64,000 nucleotides of DNA from Candidatus Latescibacterota bacterium (lineage in GTDB: Bacteria > Krumholzibacteriota > Krumholzibacteriia > WVZY01). The stretch covers positions 96,001 through 160,000 of the forward strand of contig CAWBQK010000011.1 of NCBI GenBank assembly GCA_963791045.1, read 5' to 3'. The notes under the pieces are model-generated. The model did not search any database and was not told the origin of the DNA. It saw nothing but the letters and a program-made list of their open reading frames with translations. A program made the translations under genes and the position numbers. Positions 48,840 through 58,420 of this stretch are shown piece after piece. Each line of letters opens with the position of its first letter. Position 1 is the stretch's first letter.

Positions 48840-51674
48840 ATGGCAAGACTGGGATTCGTGGTGCTCGGCGTGTTGTTGACGGTTCTTATGGTGTCGGACG
48901 CCATGGCAACGGTAACCAGGACGAACACCGAAATCGGGCTCGGCAGTTACGAAGTGCCCTTTTACGAGGGGGCGGACTACAGGGGCGATGTCAAATCCCC
49001 GACAGAGTTCTTTGGATTCGAACTCGGTGCTCATCCCGTTGGGTACGCGGAGACGATGGCGTATGCGAACTATCTCGCGAAGAATTTTCCGACGGTGGCG
49101 CTAAAGAAATACGCGGAAACGTATGAAGGCCGGGACCTCGTCTATCTGATAGTCAGTTCGCGTGAGAACATGGAGAACATCTCCGTGATCCAGGAGAATA
49201 TCGGTCTGCTCGCCGATCCGCGGCGGCTGGATGGCGACAAACAGGCCGAGGCGATTATCGAGGACAACCCCGCCGTGGCGTGGTTGGCGTATTCGATTCA
49301 TGGCGATGAACTATCGTCGACCGATGCGGCGCTCCAGCTTCTCTATCACCTGGTGGCCGGGGAAGACGAGCTGACGAAGAAGATCCGCGACGAGGTGGTC
49401 GTGTGTATCGATCCGCTTCAGAACCCTGATGGGCGCGAGCGGTGGATCAAACAAATTCAACAGTTCAACGGGGTCGTTCCCAACGACGATGTGCAGGCGG
49501 TGCAGCACCGCGGTGTGTGGCCGTATGGCCGTGGGAATCACTACCTCTTCGATCTCAACCGGGACTGGTTTACGTTGGTTCACCCCGCGAGTCGCGGCAA
49601 GATCAAGGCGCTTCTCGAATGGCATCCGCAGTACTTCACGGACAGCCACGAGATGGGCCCGCTAAGCACGTATCTTTTTTCACCGCCCCGCGAACCGTTC
49701 AATCCATTCATGATTCCGCAGATTCACAAGTGGTGGAAGACGTTCTCGGAAGATCAGGCGGCCGCTTTTGACAAGTTTGGGTGGAGTTACTACACACGGG
49801 AATGGAACGAAGAGTTTTATCCCGGGTACGGGAGTTCGTGGAGTATTTATGCGGGGGCGATCGGTCTTCTCTATGAACAGGCCGGTGTGGACGGGTCCGT
49901 TGTGCGCCGGCGCGATGGAACGATTATGACTTTTCGCGAAACGGTCCATCATCAGTTTACGAGTTCGATTGCAAACATCGGAACCGTCGCCAACAATCGC
50001 AAGGCGCTGCTTGAAGATTTCTATAATGAAAAGAAACTCGCCGTCGGCATATCCGGCAAGAGCAAGAAAAAGGCCGCGAAGGGGGGCGCGTTTGTTTTTC
50101 CGCCATCGGATAATAGATCGCGTCTCGATCGATTCGTGAAAACGCTTCGCGCCCAGAATATCGAAGTCTCAGTTGCGACCGAACCGTTCAAGCTCCGGCG
50201 CGCGGAAGCGTCTATAGACGGGGCGGTCAAAGACATCGATCTTCCCGCCGGAACGTATCTCGTGCCTCTCGCGCAACCGCTACGGCCGCTCGTCGAGGTG
50301 ATACTGTCGTTCGACATCCGGATGCCGACGCGTGTTCTCGAACTCGAACGCAAGGAACTCCTCAAGCACAACCGCTCGAAGCTCTATGAAATAACGGCGT
50401 GGTCGATGTCGCTGGGATACAACCTCGAGTGTTATTTCTCGGATGAGCTTCCGTCGGTCGATACCGGTGAACCCAGTTTCGAGGAACGTGGGGGAATTGT
50501 GGGCGACGGCGCCGGATTTGGATATGTTGTTGACTCGTCCGACGATCGCTTCGTCACGCTTCTCTCCCGGTTGTTCCGTGTGGACTGCCGCATGTGGTCG
50601 GCGAAGAAGCCGTTCGAGGTCGGCGGCCGTGAGTTCAAAAGGGGCAGCGTGCTGCTCAAGAATACTGCGAACCCGGATCTCGATCCCGACGAACTCGACC
50701 GGTTGGGCCGCGAACTGGGGATCGATATCGTTGGTGTGAATACCGCGCTTGCCACGTCGGGAGCCGATCTCGGTGGTGGGGAATTTGCCTTGTTGGAGCG
50801 GCCTCGGATCGGCCTGGTTGCCGGTTCGGGTGTGTCGACTTCGGGGTACGGCGCGTTGTGGCATCTTCTCGACGCGCAACTCGAATATCCGACTTCGACG
50901 CTGGATATCTCGGCGCTGGGCCATGCCGACTTGAGAAAGTACAACGTCATCGTGATTCCATCTTCGTGGTGGGGCGCCGACGTGTATTCCCGGATGTTGG
51001 GCAAAGCCGGCGTTAAGAAACTTAAAAAATGGATCGACGAGGGAGGGACACTCGTGGCGGTGGGCGCCGCCGCCGCTTTTGCCGCCGATACATCGGTGGC
51101 TCTGACATCGGTTCGTCAGAAACGCCAGGTGCTCAAAAAATACGAGGACTACGAACGTGTTCTCGAGCTTGCCCGGCTTGCCGAATCGCCGGTGGTTGAC
51201 AGCCTTGATTTATGGGAGGCCAATCCACCAGCGGAAAAGGACGATGAGAAGAAGATGCCGAAGCCGGATTTTGAAACGTTCAAGCAGGCCGATGAACTAG
51301 CGAGGCGGTTCAGGCCGCACGGCGCGATACTTGCCGTCGATCTCGACGAGACCCACTGGCTCTCGTTCGGCGAGCGGTCGCCGGTCCCTGTTCTTGCGCA
51401 GACGAGTTACACGTATTTGACCAAAACAAATGTCCAGGTGGCCGGCAAGTTTGCCGCGCAGGACCGCATCCGGCTTTCCGGCGTGTTGTGGCCGGAAGCG
51501 CGCGAGCGGTGGAGCGGGACGGCGTTTGTCACACGCGAGCACCGCGGCAGCGGTCAGGTCATACTTTTCGCCGACGAACCGAACTTCCGCGCTTATTTCC
51601 ACGGCGGTGAGCGTCTTCTTTTGAACGCGATATTTCTGGGCCCCGGGTTTGGAACGAGCCCGGTATTTTATTAG
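48840..51674 (+). CDS. M14 zinc carboxypeptidase-family exported protein
   Basis: Signal peptide, IHGDE, QNPDG, 'GRGNHYLFDLNRDW', DSHEM; C-terminal GATase-like domain. Confidence 0.92.
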   Translation: MARLGFVVLGVLLTVLMVSDAMATVTRTNTEIGLGSYEVPFYEGADYRGDVKSPTEFFGFELGAHPVGYAETMAYANYLAKNFPTVALKKYAETYEGRDLVYLIVSSRENMENISVIQENIGLLADPRRLDGDKQAEAIIEDNPAVAWLAYSIHGDELSSTDAALQLLYHLVAGEDELTKKIRDEVVVCIDPLQNPDGRERWIKQIQQFNGVVPNDDVQAVQHRGVWPYGRGNHYLFDLNRDWFTLVHPASRGKIKALLEWHPQYFTDSHEMGPLSTYLFSPPREPFNPFMIPQIHKWWKTFSEDQAAAFDKFGWSYYTREWNEEFYPGYGSSWSIYAGAIGLLYEQAGVDGSVVRRRDGTIMTFRETVHHQFTSSIANIGTVANNRKALLEDFYNEKKLAVGISGKSKKKAAKGGAFVFPPSDNRSRLDRFVKTLRAQNIEVSVATEPFKLRRAEASIDGAVKDIDLPAGTYLVPLAQPLRPLVEVILSFDIRMPTRVLELERKELLKHNRSKLYEITAWSMSLGYNLECYFSDELPSVDTGEPSFEERGGIVGDGAGFGYVVDSSDDRFVTLLSRLFRVDCRMWSAKKPFEVGGREFKRGSVLLKNTANPDLDPDELDRLGRELGIDIVGVNTALATSGADLGGGEFALLERPRIGLVAGSGVSTSGYGALWHLLDAQLEYPTSTLDISALGHADLRKYNVIVIPSSWWGADVYSRMLGKAGVKKLKKWIDEGGTLVAVGAAAAFAADTSVALTSVRQKRQVLKKYEDYERVLELARLAESPVVDSLDLWEANPPAEKDDEKKMPKPDFETFKQADELARRFRPHGAILAVDLDETHWLSFGERSPVPVLAQTSYTYLTKTNVQVAGKFAAQDRIRLSGVLWPEARERWSGTAFVTREHRGSGQVILFADEPNFRAYFHGGERLLLNAIFLGPGFGTSPVFY

Positions 51675-51692
51675 AAATCAGGAGGACGGGGT

Positions 51693-52445
51693 TTGAACCA
51701 TAACCGGACGATTCTGCTGCCGATCATCTGTGTGTTGTTTCTAGCGGTATCCTGCCCTGTATGGGCGGGCGCGCCGATGACGCCGCGCGCCCGCAAAGCG
51801 GACAAGATAATAAAAAAGCATGTTGAAGCATTGGGCGGCGAGGCGAGCATAAGGGCGATCGAAACGCTCAACGTCAGTGGCCGTTTGTCGCGTTCGGGGA
51901 TGGAACTGCCTTTCTCCATGTGGTTGAAGCGCCCGAGGCTCGGCCGGATTGATTTCGATATCATGGGACAAAAACTCGTGCAGGCGTTTGACGGGAAGGA
52001 AGCCTGGTGGGTCAATCCGTTGTTCGGAGTGTTCAAACCGCGGAAAATGCCTGATGAGTTTGCCGAGCCGCTTCGATGGTGGGTCGAGTTTGAAAGCCCG
52101 TTGGTGGACTATTTGACAAAACGGCATCGAGCGGAATACACGGGTGAGGAGGAGATTCCAGGGGGGACGGCCCACGTCATAGAGCTGATACTGGCGGACG
52201 GCGACGTTTGGAAGTTTTACATCGACACCCGAACGAATCTTGAACACAAGCGCGTGTTTGGATGGGAATACAAAGGCGAGGTGCGAGAGGTGGAGACGAT
52301 ATTCACCGAGTTCGAAACGGTCGAGGGTGTCGTCCTGTTCAAGACCATTAAAGGCGTCGGTCCCGACGGTGTCCCCTTCAGAATGACATTCGAATCAATC
52401 AAAGCCAATGTCAGGATCGACGACAAACTCTTCGAGATGGACTAG
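51693..52445 (+). CDS. Exported LolA-like fold protein
   Basis: Signal peptide, 'IIKKHVEALGG', 'QAFDGKEAW', 'NVRIDDKLF'. Confidence 0.65.
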   Translation: MNHNRTILLPIICVLFLAVSCPVWAGAPMTPRARKADKIIKKHVEALGGEASIRAIETLNVSGRLSRSGMELPFSMWLKRPRLGRIDFDIMGQKLVQAFDGKEAWWVNPLFGVFKPRKMPDEFAEPLRWWVEFESPLVDYLTKRHRAEYTGEEEIPGGTAHVIELILADGDVWKFYIDTRTNLEHKRVFGWEYKGEVREVETIFTEFETVEGVVLFKTIKGVGPDGVPFRMTFESIKANVRIDDKLFEMD

Positions 52446-52468
52446 AACCCAAGCGGGCGTTTGGTCGA

Positions 52469-52666
52469 TGATTGGGCTGTCATAGGATCCGTGCGAATCC
52501 GCAGGGCGCTAATATTCGAGATGCGCCCGAGGACCCTGAGCTAAGGATCCTATGACAGCCCGATCACAAAAGGAGGCGCGGGCTTGCCATCCAAGTAACT
52601 GAAGCGTCTGAGCTTAACACCCCGCACCTCGCTTCGCTCGGGGTAATCGATGACAGGACCCGCGCC
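52469..52666. repeat. Two adjacent long inverted-repeat structures
   Basis: Arms 52469-52490 / 52545-52566 match 21/22; second pair GGCGCGGGCTTGCCATC / GATGACAGGACCCGCGCC at about 52575-52666. Confidence 0.75.
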
Positions 52667-52684
52667 GGTAATCGGAAGCCATAA

Positions 52685-53509
52685 ATGATCTATCTCATCA
52701 TTGCCGCGGTCATATGGGGGAGCTCGTTTCCCGTCATCACGTACGCGCTTGGTGATGTTTCGCCGTTTATGTTTCTCCTCGTCCGCTTCGCGCTCGCATT
52801 CGTTCTGCTTCTGCCGCGGTACCGGCGGCTGGACAGGCTCAAAACTCTCTTTCACCGCGACCTCATACTGATTTCGATTCCAAACACGCTTGCGTTTATT
52901 CTTCAATACAAGGCGCAGGAACTCACGACCGCGTCCAAGACCGCCCTGTTTCTAAACTCGAGCCCCATTTTTGTTGCCATCTTCTCGGCGGTTCTTCTCA
53001 AGGATCGGTTTACCTTCCGGCAGATGGCCGCGATGGTCATCGCGTTTGCCGGCGTCGTTGTTACAAGCACCGGTCTCGACTTTTCTGATTTTTCCGCGAT
53101 CAATCTCGGCGATGTCATGTGTCTCGGGGTCGGGTTTTTATGGGCGTTTTTTATCATCTATTCGAAAGGAATGGCCAAAAAACACGGCGCCTACAACATG
53201 TCGCAGGCGCTCTATTTCTGGGCGGCGGCGTCGGCCGTGCCGCTCGTTGGATTCGAGGATGTGCGGTTTTCGTGGGTGGTCGCTCCCGCCGTCGTCTACC
53301 TCTCGGTTTTTACGACGATTCTGGCATTCTATCTCTATCTCAAAGGGGTTCAATCGGTTTCGGCCCTGTCGACATCGATCATCATCCTCGTCGAGATCGT
53401 GGTGGCCTTCCTGATTTCACACTTTTTTCTCGGCGAGTCGTTTTCCACGATCGAGTCGGTGGGCGTAATAATGGTGCTTGCCGGTGTCCTTATGGTGATG
53501 AAAAAATGA
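52685..53509 (+). CDS. DMT/EamA transporter
   Basis: 'IWGSSFPV', 'RFALA', 'TTASKTA', 10 TMs. Confidence 0.9.
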   Translation: MIYLIIAAVIWGSSFPVITYALGDVSPFMFLLVRFALAFVLLLPRYRRLDRLKTLFHRDLILISIPNTLAFILQYKAQELTTASKTALFLNSSPIFVAIFSAVLLKDRFTFRQMAAMVIAFAGVVVTSTGLDFSDFSAINLGDVMCLGVGFLWAFFIIYSKGMAKKHGAYNMSQALYFWAAASAVPLVGFEDVRFSWVVAPAVVYLSVFTTILAFYLYLKGVQSVSALSTSIIILVEIVVAFLISHFFLGESFSTIESVGVIMVLAGVLMVMKK

Positions 53510-53625
53510 CCTCCGCGTCTTTGGGCCACCAAACTAATGTTGACCCCGTTCTAACGTTTTGATATCCTTTGACTTCCCTCTTCGGAAATTGTCCTTATCC
53601 CACCACCCCAACTTAGGAGGGCCGA

Positions 53626-54735
53626 ATGAGGCGTTCTCCATTTTTGGTGCTTGGGCTGATCGTGGCCGTTCTCGCGGTTGGAATCTGGGGATGTTCCGAT
53701 ACAAGCGACTCCCCTGTCGCACCGCAGAATCTGCCCGATGCAAGCCTCTTCAGTGCCAAGAGCATCCAGGTACAATCTGTGATGGCGGTCCAGGATCGTC
53801 ATACTCCGAGCCTGATGGCCGATCCCGAAGTGATCGGTACAGCCACAGGGCTAACGGATGATGGCCGTCTCGCCGTCGTGGTTTTGGTTACCACAGAGAA
53901 AGCACGGAAGGGATTGCCTGCAACGCTCGACGGTGTGCCGGTCAAAGCAATGAAGACCGAGCCGATCCGTGCGTACAAGAAACCTCCACCGGTAACCGAA
54001 GAAGATCCGAAGTCGCGTCTCGACCGGCCGATCAAGCTCGGTTGTTCGGGAGGCAACGCGCTGGATCTGGCGAATGGCTATTGCTGCAGCGGTACGCTGG
54101 GGGCGCTGATCACCAAGGCAGGGAAATTCTACATTCTGAGTAACTCACACGTGCTGGCCGGTGACTTTGCAAGCAGCGCCACCGACCCGGATGTGGCTCA
54201 GATTGGTGATCCAATCAATCAGCCCGGTCTGATTGAGGTTGGTTGTCAGAATATTGCGGCCGACTACGTCGCGAATCTCTCGTCGCTCACGTCGCTCAAC
54301 GGGAGTCTGAATATTGACGCGGCGATTGCCGAGATCATGACGGGTCAGGTCCGTACGGACGGTTACATTCTCGAAATCGGCACGCTGTCGGCTACGACGG
54401 CCACCGCGTATGTCGGAATGGACGTCAAGAAAAGCGGAAGAACTACCGGTTTGACACGTGCGACCGTCTCGGGCCTCAATGCGACGATTACCGTCGGATA
54501 TGAGGACGAGTGCGCGGGCACCGCTTTCACAATTGTGTACACCGGTCAGATTCTTGTTTCCCAGAGAGCGAGCAAGTTCCTCAATAGTGGGGACTCGGGT
54601 TCGCTCATGGTCGAGGATGTCTCGACGAATCCGTCCGCTGTTGGTCTTCTCTTCGCGGGAAGCAGCAGAACGGCGATTGCAAATCCGATCAACGACGTGC
54701 TTTCGCACTTTGGTGCGACGATGGTTGGTCAATAG
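53626..54735 (+). CDS. Lipoprotein trypsin-like serine protease with N-terminal accessory domain
   Basis: Lipobox IWGC; triad motifs LSNSHV, IDAA, GDSGS; 'KSGRTTGLT'. Confidence 0.88.
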   Translation: MRRSPFLVLGLIVAVLAVGIWGCSDTSDSPVAPQNLPDASLFSAKSIQVQSVMAVQDRHTPSLMADPEVIGTATGLTDDGRLAVVVLVTTEKARKGLPATLDGVPVKAMKTEPIRAYKKPPPVTEEDPKSRLDRPIKLGCSGGNALDLANGYCCSGTLGALITKAGKFYILSNSHVLAGDFASSATDPDVAQIGDPINQPGLIEVGCQNIAADYVANLSSLTSLNGSLNIDAAIAEIMTGQVRTDGYILEIGTLSATTATAYVGMDVKKSGRTTGLTRATVSGLNATITVGYEDECAGTAFTIVYTGQILVSQRASKFLNSGDSGSLMVEDVSTNPSAVGLLFAGSSRTAIANPINDVLSHFGATMVGQ

Positions 54736-54790
54736 ATTGAGTGGTTTTCGCGTCCGCGCGTGGCAGCGCGTGGAAGGATAATTTAGGGCA

Positions 54791-54827
54791 TACCCGCTCC
54801 GCTGTCAGGCCGGAGCGGGTAATTTTT
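54791..54827 (+). terminator. Probable intrinsic terminator
   Basis: TACCCGCTCCG-N9-CGGAGCGGGTA then ATTTTT. Confidence 0.6.
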
Positions 54828-54885
54828 AAATATTACAAATCGGCGACAGGGCCCGCGCCGCCAACAAACCACGAAAGGATTTCCG

Positions 54886-55119
54886 GTGAGTCGTTCCATA
54901 AAAGAACTTATACACGAGAACGCCGAAAAGCTCATGTCGATACCCGGTGTAATCGGTGTGGGAGAGGGCGCGCTCGACGACGGTACGCCGTGTCTTCTCG
55001 TTCTTGTCGTCGAATCAAACCCTGACATACAAAAAAGCATTCCCGCGGATATCGGGGGTGTTCCCGTAAAGATCGAAGTTACTGGTGAAATCAAGGGGAT
55101 GTCGGAGGATGGGGACTGA
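54886..55119 (+). CDS. Small protein homologous to the N-terminal domain of the upstream protease
   Basis: LMSIPGVIGVGEGALDDG..LLVLV..IPADIGGVPVK aligns with LMADPEVIGTATGLTDDG..VVVLV..LPATLDGVPVK; RBS AAAGGA. Confidence 0.8.
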   Translation: MSRSIKELIHENAEKLMSIPGVIGVGEGALDDGTPCLLVLVVESNPDIQKSIPADIGGVPVKIEVTGEIKGMSEDGD

Positions 55120-55127
55120 GGCTTCGA

Positions 55128-56087
55128 TCAAGGCGCGGAGCCGGGAAAGTCGCGTGATTCTTCCAGAGTTAGCCCGTCCGCTGCCTTCATCTCATCCAAC
55201 CACGCGGCAATTAAATTCCGGTCATCTGTGAGAGTCCGAATGCCTTCCGTCTCAGGCCGGAATCTGTTTTCCCAGGCATGAAAACGATCGTATGCCGGAG
55301 TCATCCTGTCGTAGGGTGTCGGTGGTTCCTCGGCGAGCTCGAGCGATCGATTCGACGCTAACAGCACGACGTACCCGAGCGTGTTTGGCGGTTCGGCCAT
55401 CGGAAGCGCGAGAACGTTTTCAAAACGGGTTTCAAGAGTGGCGGCGACAGACCGGACAATATCGTGGCGCCAGCCGACAGACCCAATGTTTACCATCATG
55501 ACGCCGTCGTCGGCGAGCCGTGACGCGGCGACGTCGATTCCTTCCTTCGTAAGCAGCGGCGCCGGGACGGTCCGGCTTCCAAACGCGTCGACAATGATCA
55601 ACGTCCAGGGATCCCCCTGGAAGGCGAGAAAATCACGCGCCGTCGTCGCGTGAACGCGGGCGACTTCCTTCTCGAGTCCGAACCTTGTCCGGGCGAGAAT
55701 GGTGATTTCTTCGTCCGGTTCGATGACGTCGACCATCCATCCGTCCGCCGCGTAACTTCTTGCCACCGATCCACTCCCCAGGCCGACGATCAGCGCCCGT
55801 CCAGCGGTTTTAAAATACCCCTTGCCCAGATCCAGGACGTGGGCGTAGCCGCACCGGAACTGCCCGGTTCCGATGTCGAACACTGTATGAACCCTGGTGT
55901 CGGCGATAAGAAAACGGCGTCCGTGGGAGTCGACGGCGCTGATTTCACTGAAATTGACCGGTGCGACGGGCCCGCGGCGGCCGCCGTTCGAGAAGAAATC
56001 GCGGATCGATATGACGGCAAATGCCGCTACGGTGAATAGAACCACCAGTACCGCGATACGGAGAATTTGTCCTTTGCCTGAGTTCAT
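55128..56087 (-). CDS. Spermidine synthase-like SAM-fold protein with single N-terminal TM
   Basis: 'LIVGLGSGS', 'DVIEPD', 'IIVDAF', 'LLTKE', 'LTDDRN'. Confidence 0.8.
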   Translation of the reverse strand: MNSGKGQILRIAVLVVLFTVAAFAVISIRDFFSNGGRRGPVAPVNFSEISAVDSHGRRFLIADTRVHTVFDIGTGQFRCGYAHVLDLGKGYFKTAGRALIVGLGSGSVARSYAADGWMVDVIEPDEEITILARTRFGLEKEVARVHATTARDFLAFQGDPWTLIIVDAFGSRTVPAPLLTKEGIDVAASRLADDGVMMVNIGSVGWRHDIVRSVAATLETRFENVLALPMAEPPNTLGYVVLLASNRSLELAEEPPTPYDRMTPAYDRFHAWENRFRPETEGIRTLTDDRNLIAAWLDEMKAADGLTLEESRDFPGSAP

Positions 56088-56182
56088 CTGTGTCTTCGTG
56101 CTTTGATAGATTGTGCCTGTCTGTCCCGTCTAGTATACTTCGAGTTCGTACGGTATCAATCAATTTTTACATCTGGAGTCAT

Positions 56183-57583
56183 ATGATGGAAATAAAATTC
56201 CTCGGTGGGGCGCGGACTGTGACGGGATCACGCCATCTTGTATCGGTAAACGGCAAGAATATTCTTCTCGAATGCGGTCTCTTCCAGGGACGCCGAAGCG
56301 AGACGTACGAGAAAAACCTCAACTTCGAGTTCAATCCGGCGGATATCGATGCGGTTCTTTTGTCGCACGCTCATATCGATCACAGCGGCAATATTCCCAA
56401 CCTCTACAAGCAAGGCTACAAGAACCCGGTATACGCGACATCGGCGACGGTGGATCTTTGCCAGATTTTGCTCCGTGACAGTGCGTATCTTCAGGAGAAG
56501 GACGTCGAATGGGTCAACAAAAACCGGGCGTCCAAACACGAGAAACCGATCGAACCGATCTATTCGCTCGACGATGCCGAGGAAGCGCTCAGACATTTCG
56601 TCGGCATCCAGTACAACCGTCCGTACAGGGTGGTGCCGGGAGTAATGGCCAGTTTTCACGATGCGGGGCACATCCTGGGGTCGGCGAGTATCGTTCTTGA
56701 TATCGAGGAAGACGGCCGCAAGGTGCGGCTTGGGTTCAGCGGGGACGTGGGACGCAAGGATATGCCGATCATCCGGGATCCCGAGCGTTTGAAAGATCTC
56801 GACGCGCTCATTATTGAAAGCACGTACGGCGACCGGGAACATATCGACGGTTCCGGCGCCGAGGCAGAATTGGCGGATCTGATTAACCGGACCTTCAAGC
56901 GCGGCGGCAAGGTGATAATTCCGGCCTTTGCCGTGGGAAGAACCCAGCGGCTCGTCTACATACTTCACGAGCTTCTCGACAAGAAAATGATTCCCGAAAT
57001 CCCCGTCTACGTGGACAGCCCGATGGCGTGCAACGCGATCGATGTGTTTCGCTCGCACCCCGAGTGTTTCGACCGCGAAGCGTACTTCCACTTTGTCAAT
57101 GACGCCGTCGACATATTTACACCGCCGGGATTCACGTGCGTGCGCAAGGCGGATTCGTCCAAGAAGCTTAACCTCATCTCCGACCCCCACATCATCATTT
57201 CGGCGTCGGGAATGGCTGAAGGCGGCCGAATCCTGCATCACCTGCGCAACAATATCGAAGATGAAAAGAACCTGATTCTTATGGTCGGGTTCTCCGCCCA
57301 ACACACGCTCGCGCGGCGGATAATGGACGGGGATAAGGATATTAAGATCTTTGGCGAGCCGTACCGCGTCAAAGCCGAGGTCGCGACTATGCCGTATTTC
57401 AGCGCCCACGGTGACTGGAAGGACCTCATCGATTTCATGTCCGACAATTCGCCGGACAAACTCAAATCAATCTTTGTGGTTCACGGTGAAGAAAGTCAGT
57501 CGCTGGCTCTGAAGGAAAAGATTGAGAACAAGGGGTTCAAAAACGTTGTGGTTCCGGATCGACTGGAGACGTTTACTGTGTGA
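56183..57583 (+). CDS. MBL/beta-CASP RNA-metabolising hydrolase (YSH1-like)
   Basis: SHAHIDHSG, AGHILGS, FSGD, ESTYG, PAFAVGR, FSAH, VHGE. Confidence 0.95.
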   Translation: MMEIKFLGGARTVTGSRHLVSVNGKNILLECGLFQGRRSETYEKNLNFEFNPADIDAVLLSHAHIDHSGNIPNLYKQGYKNPVYATSATVDLCQILLRDSAYLQEKDVEWVNKNRASKHEKPIEPIYSLDDAEEALRHFVGIQYNRPYRVVPGVMASFHDAGHILGSASIVLDIEEDGRKVRLGFSGDVGRKDMPIIRDPERLKDLDALIIESTYGDREHIDGSGAEAELADLINRTFKRGGKVIIPAFAVGRTQRLVYILHELLDKKMIPEIPVYVDSPMACNAIDVFRSHPECFDREAYFHFVNDAVDIFTPPGFTCVRKADSSKKLNLISDPHIIISASGMAEGGRILHHLRNNIEDEKNLILMVGFSAQHTLARRIMDGDKDIKIFGEPYRVKAEVATMPYFSAHGDWKDLIDFMSDNSPDKLKSIFVVHGEESQSLALKEKIENKGFKNVVVPDRLETFTV

Positions 57584-57632
57584 CGGGCAGACGGAACAAG
57601 ATCGCCCGCGGGGCGGATATGATTTCACAGAC

Positions 57633-57664
57633 AAAAAAAGGGGCAAGCACGCTTGCCCCTTTTT
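57633..57664. terminator. Bidirectional intrinsic terminator
   Basis: A7-GGGGCAAGC-AC-GCTTGCCCC-T5 between convergent genes. Confidence 0.85.
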
Positions 57665-57700
57665 ATTGATTTCTTTTCGCTTTGACCGCGAATTGCCGGA

Positions 57701-58297
57701 TCAGGATTCGGGTTTGAACGATTCCATGAACTCGTAAAAGCTCTTTTCCCAGTGGGCGACGGTTTTCTCGGGACCGATGAGTTTTGCGAACCACGGGCCG
57801 CCGGGTGTTTCAACGACGCCGCCGAGCATCCGGTAGTTGGCCAACAGGTCTTCCCCTCCGCCTTCCATTCCCATACCCATCTGCGAGGGGTTAAAAGATC
57901 CCGTCAGGTCAACGGTGGTCTGCTGAAACCCGTGGACCTCGCTCTTGTTGACCTTTGCCACCGCGGAGGAGGGCCGGCCGTCCGGCTGGGCGAACTGTCC
58001 GTACCAGCGCTGGATGTTGGCCTCGACGCTGCCGCCCGCGCCTGGGAAATGAAATACGTAACACGATCCGTCCTCTTTATCTCCCTCGACTTTGGGGATC
58101 TTGTACTGAGCGAGCCGCATTCCCGAGCTTGGCTCTTCGTCGACCCAACCTTCGGGCGCCGTCCATGTGAGTTGGCCCGTCGACGTTGATTTGGGGGCTG
58201 AAGTGGCTTGCGAGTCCTTCGCGGGTTCCTGCTTTTGTCCGCACGATGCGACAAAAAGCATACATATGGCTATGATCAGATATCTCATGATCGTCAT
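57701..58297 (-). CDS. Hypothetical lipoprotein
   Basis: Lipobox VASC, 'PEGW..SSGMRLAQY', 'GGSVEANIQRWYGQF', 'WFAKLIGP'; RBS AGGAG. Confidence 0.82.
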   Translation of the reverse strand: MTIMRYLIIAICMLFVASCGQKQEPAKDSQATSAPKSTSTGQLTWTAPEGWVDEEPSSGMRLAQYKIPKVEGDKEDGSCYVFHFPGAGGSVEANIQRWYGQFAQPDGRPSSAVAKVNKSEVHGFQQTTVDLTGSFNPSQMGMGMEGGGEDLLANYRMLGGVVETPGGPWFAKLIGPEKTVAHWEKSFYEFMESFKPES

Positions 58298-58420
58298 TTC
58301 TCCTGTGAGTCAAAAAATGGGTTAGATTGAGTAGGGGGAAATATTACACGGAAACCGCCGAAATCAAAGCGATTTCTGCCGATGTTTCGAGGCCGTCTGG
58401 AGATCGAGAGCCGGCCCGGG

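Noticed and set aside
52485-52550. tRNA gene on minus strand (GGATCCTTAGCTCAG start)
   Set aside because: No proper anticodon arm, TTC loop or CCA; kept only as part of the structured element
47732-57583. Anti-phage defence role for the PLD, trypsin-like protease or beta-CASP genes
   Set aside because: No NTPase, cyclase or other defence partners adjacent; housekeeping or envelope roles explain them
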